Positions 54,184 to 64,000 of a stretch of DNA of 64,000 bases are shown here, in pieces. The position numbers and the translations under genes are program-made. The stretch comes from the human T2T-CHM13v2.0 reference genome, Homo sapiens. The notes beneath the pieces were generated by a model, which was not told where the DNA came from, did not search any database, and saw only the letters and a program-made list of their open reading frames with translations. Position 1 is the stretch's first letter, and each line of letters starts with the position of its first letter. Where the stretch lies: assembly GCF_009914755.1 (NCBI RefSeq), contig NC_060928.1; one strand, given 5' to 3'.

Positions 54184-54902
54184 TAAGATTTTGGAAATGC
54201 ATTTTTATATTAAGTAGAAGAATCAGTAACTGGTGAGATATGCAGAGAACACCATTAGCTTCTTGACGTAGCTGACGTTTACTTTTAAGCCAAATACCAG
54301 GAATAAAAGTTTGTGTTGAAATTTTTGTCTATTTGACTGCAGGGAAAAACAACATGAACTGTTCGTCTATCTATATCGTCATTATTTTTTACCTCATGGA
54401 TTGAAACAAATTTTAAAGGAAAAAAGAATGTTAAGAAAGAGCAGCACTTACTATCAGGGAGGCACCTCACGAGCATTGTAAACACTCAGGTGAGTAAAAC
54501 ACGTGCATCCTCTGCCAGCTTTCCCAGGCTTGAGTGGTGGGCAGATTCCTAGATGAAGAATTTAAGATAAAATAGAGTTTGCTAAGTATTAAAAAGCACA
54601 CAAAGAAAAATTAGTGTGAGCGTGAAGTAGAGTATCCAAAATTCATTTTATCAATAAGAAACACTTTACACACTATTTGAATTACCTCATCAAATACCTA
54701 ATACCCAAGATTATCAGAACCAGAGAAATCCAGCCAAACATTGCAATGGAGCTAAAGAGTAAAAACAAACCCAAGACTAAGCTGGCAAGAAGTCAGAGAG
54801 CCTGAAGGGTGCTCTTTCCTCTTACCAGTTTTGTTTTTGGTCCCATAAACCTTTAGTAAGTCCTTGCTGAGTGCATCACACTTTACTGACTGCACTTTAG
54901 GG

Positions 54903-55941
<1,039 letters not shown>

Positions 55942-55979
55942 AAGGGCACTTTTACCCCATGTGCTGATGTCTGTCCGTG

Positions 55980-57032
55980 CACAGCCTCGGGCTCTTCTCT
56001 CCTCCGTCTGCATTTTTCCACATAATGGACCTCATTTCCCATCTATGGACCAATGACTTCCATATTTATTTCATCACCAAACCAGTTCCTATTATTTATC
56101 CTCATGTCTAATTTCTCACTCAACATCTTCATATGAATGTGTGTCAGGCCCCTCAAATATTATAGGTCTAAGATCATTGGCCCCAATCTTATTCTCATTC
56201 AGTATATACACGATGAATATATATACATATTTATGTATATCCTGCTATGCAAACCAGAAATATAAGAACACTGTTTTACATTTTCTACTGTCTCACACCC
56301 AGTGTTCAATCCATCACCAACAGTCAATCATGAGTCCTATTAATATTAATTCCTAAATGTCTCATAACTCTATCTACCTATTTCTATATCCATACAACAA
56401 ACTCTCACTGCAACAATTCAATAACATACCTTGCCGCTCTCTGTTCATACCCATACTGCACCCAGAGTATTCCTTTACGTGTCTAATCATGATATTATGT
56501 CATCCCTGTTTAAAGCCACACACTTGATTTCTCATCGCTATTCAGATCAGAGAAAATCCTGCAAGTTCAGGTCCCTGTCTACTTTTCAGGCTCCTCTTGG
56601 TCACTCTGAACCTCACATTCCTCACTCCAGGTGTACTGTCTTCCATTCGCTTCTCAAGCACACTTTTCTCTCCTGCTATGGAATCACTGCACGGACTCCT
56701 TTGTCTGTGCTCTTTGACACCTACCTCTGCCTTAGAGCTCATCTGAAATATCACTTGCTGAAGTAAGACTTTTCCTACCTTTCCCATTTTCTCCTCCAAA
56801 ACTCCTTGCATACACAGACACACAGATATACACACACCCCAGGACAACAGAGGGTTCCCCTGTAACACAAGCTTATAGAATTATCTTGAGCAGTGACTGT
56901 CCAGTTTGTACCATTAAATTATCAGTGCTACAAAAGCAAAGACCATGTCAAGATTTGCTCATCATTGTACCCCTGACACCTAGCACAAAGCATGAATCTT
57001 GGTTGCTACTGAATAAATATTTGTTAAATGAC
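55980..57032 (+). mobile_element. L2 3' region
   Basis: C/T-rich degenerate body ending CCCTGACACCTAGCACA...AATAAATATTTGTTAAATGA, an L2 3' terminus. Confidence 0.7.
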
Positions 57033-59520
57033 CATCCAGGGGTACAATTTATCGCTCAGTATCGCTACATCTTCTAAGCACGGGACAAAATAGAGACACA
57101 AAAAGAATCATCAACCCAACATCTTTCAGGCTTTTAATGATATTTTTAATTTCCGTAATTCATCTATGAATGCAATACTTCTTTGGATTTTAGTGCTTTA
57201 GTAGGTAAGGGCAATACCAGAAGCTTGGCATTTTCTATCACAATGGCCCTACTCCATGGTGCAGAGACCCATTTGGGGATTCTGCCAATTGCTTAAGAGA
57301 CCTATTCCAGTCATATCCTCAGAAAAATTACCACAAGACTGGACTACCTAGAGGCCAACTGAGATCAAAACTCAATTTATAACCTGAAGTACAATTTGTC
57401 ATTCTGATAAGTAGAGACAGTGTTATTCTCAGTCTCCAGGAATCAGGATAGCTCTGAGTTGGTGTTTAACAATATCCCAAAGCTCTGGTTATTTCTGTTT
57501 TCCAGGGCATGTTTACTGTATGTATTTTTACTATATGGAATTTTATAGCTCCTTTGCATTCTATTCACATTCCGTTGCATTTTATTCACATATAAATAAT
57601 ACCTGGCATGAAATGTCTGTGTAGCCAGATTCTAGGAAGTATTTTATCAGCATGACCTAAAATGCAAGCAGTCTATTTTTGTCACAAAGTTAAAACAGTA
57701 ACATTTGGTACCTGAAAATGTTTATGTGAATGTTGACCCCTAAAAGCACATTACCCTTAGAATGTAATATCACTATTCATGCTGTTTGCTAGATCATTGG
57801 TGTAAAACAGCAGTAGCTCTTTGGAATTTTTTTCTCCAAAAGGACAGCATTTTCTAGCCATTCTGAATAAACCCCCGAACAAAGAATAGGCAAACCAGAT
57901 TAAAAGCTATTTATCTGCAATATCTGCAATAGCCAAAGATCCTTTGCTGAAGGCTGGGAAGATTTATTGCACAAACAAGTGATATTATTGCTGAGTCCAT
58001 CTTCAAAGAATTCTTGATTATGGCGTTAACTCAGGTCTGAGAATTGGGAGAGAATGAGCAACTTCCCATAATGATGACCCAGGTCAGACCTATACTTCCC
58101 AGGTGTGGGGTGTTTTCCGTAACACAAATCAAGAGGGACTAATGTACTATCGTCTATTTCAGTCAAGAGACCCAGTGACTGGTGAACCACTACCAAAGGT
58201 TTCTGTAATACATAACACTCTGCTGATGAGCTTGCCCTGCTGCCTTTTATGATAACCACAATGATTTTGCGTCCTTCCTTTGAATGCTGCTACTTGGCCT
58301 CTGCTGCCCTAGAATAGTTTCCTTTTCATTTCAATCAGGGAAACCATGTCAACTGAAGCATCTGCCATCAACATCCTCAGCTTAGGAAGAACAGTAGAAC
58401 AAACTCTCCTCAAAACTCCCTTCACCAATACATTCCTCAAGATATTGGTGAAGAAATTATCTTCTAGACATCTTGGGTAATAAATTAGGATGAAGGTGAT
58501 TTATGTATAATTCCAACCCAGAGTACTTGCTACCCTTCCCTGCATTATTTAAGAGATTTCTAGGATCGCAACTTCACTATCCCAAGCCTCCATGAAACCC
58601 AGATTATAACCAAGCAAATGAGCCAAGAATCAGACCCACTGTAGCCACTCTGGGTAACTCTTTCAATATAGAAGCTCAGAGTGATACATTTATTCTTTTG
58701 AAAAATTACACGTTACCTGTCCAAGGTCAATTACTAGTACACATAGTCCCAAGTTTTGTTGTCATAAGATCAAAAGAAAGAAATCTTCTCACCCAGATTT
58801 TACAATGCTTTTGACTTCTCTGGGACATGTTGGGATTTAACCACTAGTTCAAGTCTGGAGATAAATGAGGGCGGGGGTGGTGTTCACGGTTCTAAGTGGT
58901 AAACGGACTCTCTCTTGCAAAGTCAGCCTCTGAAAAAGAAAGGAAATACAGTCTCCAAGCAAGAAAAGCCGCTTCCATCGAAGAAGGGAGGATGCACTTC
59001 TGTGATGCCATTAACAGTACTGCACTGGCAAATGTTTAACAATCCATTCTCCGGCAAGGGGGTTAGGGACAGCCCTGATTGTGGCATTTCAAATACTTGT
59101 AACTGACTTCAAATTGTCAACATATCATGGACACAGAGTAGAGATGAGATAAATGCAGTTGATCTCAGGAGCTGGCAAGAGCTGGCTCCAGCACACAACT
59201 ACAGAGGGGGAAAAGGCTATGAGTTCAAGGCTTTGGAATCACCCCACATTGTCTAATTCTTATGCTTAGGATCCTCCAGTCCTATAGTTTTCTGAGCATT
59301 GCTGTCTCTCACTTTCTCATACAAGGACCGGCAAGACTCTAAAATCAACTGATAGTATAATTTGGCAATCATAATATCAAACTTGGAGTTTGATTTTCAC
59401 CTACATGAAAGTTGAAAGAATTAGAGAGAATTGAGACTCTGTTAGGATTGTGAGAGTTCCAGGAACTCAGTCTTTGCCATAATCAATAATTTAAGAAGAT
59501 TAACTTATCATTTATCTTTT

Positions 59521-59822
<302 letters not shown>

Positions 59823-60639
59823 TATTTCTTTTTTTTTTTTTTTTTTTTTTTTTTTCAGCTATTCGGTGCCCTCCAAACATCAGGTGCATCCCTACAGTCT
59901 TTCATCTTTTCAATGACGGTGGCAACTTGGTTTCCCCAAAACCTCGCCTTGAATAGGCATTTCATTCTAAGAGAGCCTTTCATTACAGGGACCAAAGGCA
60001 CTGTTTAGTTAGCTCTTCACCATGGCATAGGATGAGCTACCAGGATCGTGTCTGTGAGGACAAGTGGAATTTTGCCCCTTTTGGCCCCAGTCTGAAAATC
60101 AATTCCACTTGCTGACTTTTCACTCCACTTTCCCTAAAACTCTATTACATTAAACTGATTCCAAAGTATGACTTTCTGTACTAATGAGATCTTTAGTTCA
60201 AAGGAAGATAAACCAAATATGTTTCAATTAAGGCAAGCAAGTAATTTATGGCAAAGATATTAGTTAGCTCACAGAATTATATGAAACTTAGCCAGGAAGG
60301 CTCAGAAAGTCAGTGGGAACCAAGGGAGATTTGTCAACAAGAAACACTGCATAGGAAAAGGCTAGATTGGGACACCACAGAGTCTCTAGCTAGCACTATC
60401 ACCTCTGTTCCAGTCTCTGCTGTGCTGCTACTGTGGCACTGTGGATCGTTTTTCCTCTATCCCCAGATGGGACCATCTGACTTGTCAAACCAAGGCTATG
60501 TGCCTTTGTCCTCTCTGCCTTAGTATAGAAAGACAAAGCATATTACCTCTTCATCCTTGGACATGAAGCCGTGCCTTCTGCCAAGACTTGAAAACTCAAT
60601 GTAGAAAGAGTGTTCATATGCCTAATAGTCTGAAGTGAT

Positions 60640-61300
60640 CACGACTGTGTTTGATAGATTAGGAATTAGATGCTTTGATAGAACAGTTTCAAGTGACTGG
60701 GGAGCAGAAAGTGAGACCGCAATAAAGAGAGGAGTAAATTAGATGAAGAACAATTACAGGAACTAATGATGACAGACTAATCTTTTAAGAAATTTCATAG
60801 AAATAGAGGAGATAGTAGCTTGAAGGGCAATGCAGATTTGGAAGTAATGCTTTGTTTATTTTCTTTATAAGACATAAATTCATCAAGTCAATTAGAGAAT
60901 GCACTTAAGAGAAAAAGACTGAATATTTCAGTAATCACGGGGATAATTGAAGAATGAATGGAAATGGGTAAAATTAAGAGCATGTGTGTGGATTAACTTT
61001 TTAAAAGAAGAGGGTAATATTTTCCCGAAAATAGGAGAGAGAAAAAGGACTAATGATGACAATGATATCGTAAATCAAAGAGGGGCAGGTTACAGTTGTT
61101 TGTTAAAGGAGATCAGGCAGCCTTGATCTTTTCACTTCAACAGGACATAGGAGCAGCGTCCAAAGCTGAAGGAATCAGGCAGACTTAGAAACCCAGGATA
61201 AGTGAAAAACATTTAGAAAAGCTACTGTGAACAGTGATAATGAACGGAGCATGAATCTACTAGTGGAATTGGGGATCACTTCGTATCTGACTGACTAAAA
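60640..61300 (-). mobile_element. Highly diverged L2-like fragment
   Basis: A/G-rich stretch with AGAACAGTTTCAAGTGACTGGGGAGCAGAAAG and GGAGATAGTAGCTTGAAGGG. Boundaries uncertain. Confidence 0.45.
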
Positions 61301-62783
61301 GCTGTTTAATAATAGCAACTGAAGTGGGGCTGATAGATTTTTCCATTAGGAATAACATATACTAAATCCAGCTTCCACAGCCCTAGTAACAGCCTTCAGT
61401 GTGGTTACACAAACAACAGAGGCAGAAGATTTTAGCCTCACAGCCCCCAACACACATCAAATGCACAACTACTCACCTTCTTGTAGAAGTACTAAGTAGA
61501 AAAAAATATTGCAAGAGGATGAAATGCTTGTGACAAATGATAAATGAGTCCCAAATATAGCTGTCTATGGCAGCTTTATCTGTGGTTTTGTGGCGTCTTT
61601 GATGCTTATTTAAAGGAACTAGAATTTAACCACCCATTAAGAGTCCAGATCAGGCCTTGGATTCACCTTGGTCTTCTGAGGTTGTCTTTTCCACAGAATC
61701 TTCCAGGTGCGTTTTTATAATGACACTCTATCAAGCCACTGAGATCAACTGCCAGAGCTCAATCTGCTACAGGAATCTTGCTAGAAGAGAAGAATGTTTC
61801 ATCAGAGACAGTCATTCATCCTGGCCCACACCTCTCCTGCTCTGATCTTCCACTGTTAAAAGCATAACACACTGGAGGAAGATTGTGCTATATTTCATGC
61901 ATGCTCTGCGCCACCACCAAGGGACAGTCCCATCTGTTATTTGCTCTCAGCTTTGCTTACTGATAAAACAGGAAGGACAGCTTGCTGATGGGCTCTTTGA
62001 AGCAAATGGATCCTCTCTTTCCTGGAATTAATGTTTATAAATTATTTCTACAGTAGACAGCATGTATGGTACCATGATTTCAAAATTAGTTTCAATAAAT
62101 TAAGGGCCTGCATTCATTACAAGAGGAGCTTGATTACAATGCAACTCATGGAGTTTACTGTTGTGCTCTACCTTTTGTGAAAATTGCTGCATGAAATTAA
62201 ACACTCTCATTAATTCTGTTGATTATCATCCCTTCATAAGATCTTACAATCATATGTTCAGTTATTGAAATTTCACTTTATGTATATAATCGAGTTTTAG
62301 TTGTTCACGGAAAACAGGATTCAGGACACTTCAAAATTTCAGAGACTAGGTTAATAGTCCTCTGGCTTCAGCAAATTGAAATGGCTTATAAGAACAAAGC
62401 ACAAATATAACTGAAGTGATTTGGGTTTTTTCCCCCCCAGAATATTATGTTGTTTCAATCATATACCATTTTTAGAGTAGAGAAATAATTATATACTTTA
62501 TGGCTTCTGCACTATTTTCAAAAGGATTTTAGAAGATGACTCTCTTTTTCTAAATTGGAAAACATCCTTTTAGCTCAGCTTTTCATGGTTCCTTTTTATT
62601 TCCTTGCCTCAATATCTTTGACCAAATTTGTCTATGTTTTCTTTGTAAACTAATTCTTTTTCTGTGTTAGGTAATGGTATGTTTTCTTAAAAAAGTGACC
62701 TTGAAATTTTTATTAGGCTAGCCACTTTTAAAGCTTTAGACTAGGAATTTTAATTTCCAAGCAACACATATCAGTTCCAAGTA

Positions 62784-63118
62784 CAGTTGTCCCTCAATAT
62801 CCATGGGCTTTGGGGCATTGATTCCAGAAGCTCCTGCAGATCCCAAAATCCACAGATGCTCAAATCTCTGATATAAAATGGTGTGGTATTTGCATATAAC
62901 CTACTCACATACTACCATATACTTTAAATTGTATCTAGATTACTTATAATACCTAACAATATAAATGCTATGTAAATAGTTGTTATACTGTTTTGCTTAA
63001 GGAATGAGAAGAAAACGTCTGAACATGTTTGGTACAGATGCAAATTTTTTCCCAAATATTTTCAATCTGATTTGTTGACTCTACAGATGTGGAACCCCCA
63101 AAGACAAAGGGCTGACTG
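62784..63118 (+). mobile_element. MER2 TcMar-Tigger DNA transposon
   Basis: Termini CAGTTGTCCCTC...AGGGCTGACTG with TA on both sides. Body AAAATCCACAGATGCTCAAATCTCTGATATAAAATGGTGTGGTATTTGCATATAACCTA. Confidence 0.9.
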
Positions 63119-63488
63119 TACAAACAAGAAAAAAATTGAGTCACAGTTTCGAAAGACTCTAGATAGGAGAGAAAAGCCTCTAAACAATTTAAGATTCATT
63201 CAAAGACTCTTAAAAGCTCAAGGAGACCACCACCTCTTTATCCTTGTATGAGGTGGTTGAGAAACAGCAGACATACAAGGAGAGCGGATCAAGGGGAGAA
63301 CAGGAGATACCAAGATTTCTAGCTGAAAAAAAAAACCACTCTATTTGAAAGAGCTACTCCTTAGTACACACTAATAATAATACAGTGAAAGAAAAAAATA
63401 CTGAAGCACAGAGAAAGAAAAATTGGTATGAAGCATCCTCATGCTATTAACAGGTTGTATTTAGGAGAAGTAATTTTATAAAAATGCA

Positions 63489-63778
63489 GTCCAGCACTGT
63501 GGTTTATGCCTGTAATCCCAACACTTTGGGAGGCCGAGGTGGGCAGGGCACCTTAGGTCAGGAGTTCGAGACCAGCCTGGCCAACATGGCGAAACCTCGT
63601 CTCTACTAAAAATACAAAATTAGCCCGGTGTGTGGCAGTCACTGGTAATCGCAGCTACTTGGGAGGGTGAAGCAGAGAGAATTGCTTGAACCCGGGAGGC
63701 GGAGGTTGCAGTGAGCCAAGATCGTGACATTGCACTTCAGCCTGGGTGACAAGAGCAAGACTCCATCTTAAAAAAAAA
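63489..63778 (+). mobile_element. AluSq/Sx-like
   Basis: Full dimer. TSD AAAAATGCA. Confidence 0.92.
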
Positions 63779-64000
63779 TGCATCCCAGTGGTATTGTATA
63801 CTCTCTGGCCATTTCATGTATTTTATAGCAATCCATAGTAGGCATGATCTATATTGCTTGTGCTGATTACACTATGAGAGTAAGCTAGAAAGTATGGCAG
63901 AGATTTAGACTACAGTTAATTGTGCAATATACAATACTTTAATTGTTTTAAGATTAATTTTAGCAGAATTTGAATTACAACTTTCTTTATCAACTCCGTC

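Overview
Repeat-rich, AT-rich primate (hominoid, probably human) non-coding genomic DNA. I see no supportable host protein-coding exon, RNA gene or processed pseudogene. The window holds a degenerate two-LTR ERV-L provirus (MLT2-type LTRs, 272-8016, minus strand) with nested MER41, L1 5'-end, MER1 and MER82 insertions. It also holds a near full-length old L1MA-type LINE (about 26.4-35.2 kb) carrying four Alus and an L1PA 3' fragment, two co-oriented LTR12 (ERV9) solo LTRs about 36 kb apart, other solo LTRs, 13 Alus in all, and DNA-transposon, MIR and L2 relics. Family and subfamily names come from my recollection of consensus sequences and need RepeatMasker/Dfam confirmation. I found no confidently novel biological system. 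The best leads are a CpG-retaining unique segment at 53.3-54.5 kb (CTCF-like motifs, a stepwise tetranucleotide ladder, a plausible splice pattern), a non-repeat ORF with a signal-peptide-like start downstream of LTR promoters, an Alu-L1 fusion under one target-site duplication (TSD), an Alu insertion with target deletion, a very young AluYe5-like element, a MER41 with remodelled STAT sites, and small templated-repair scars.
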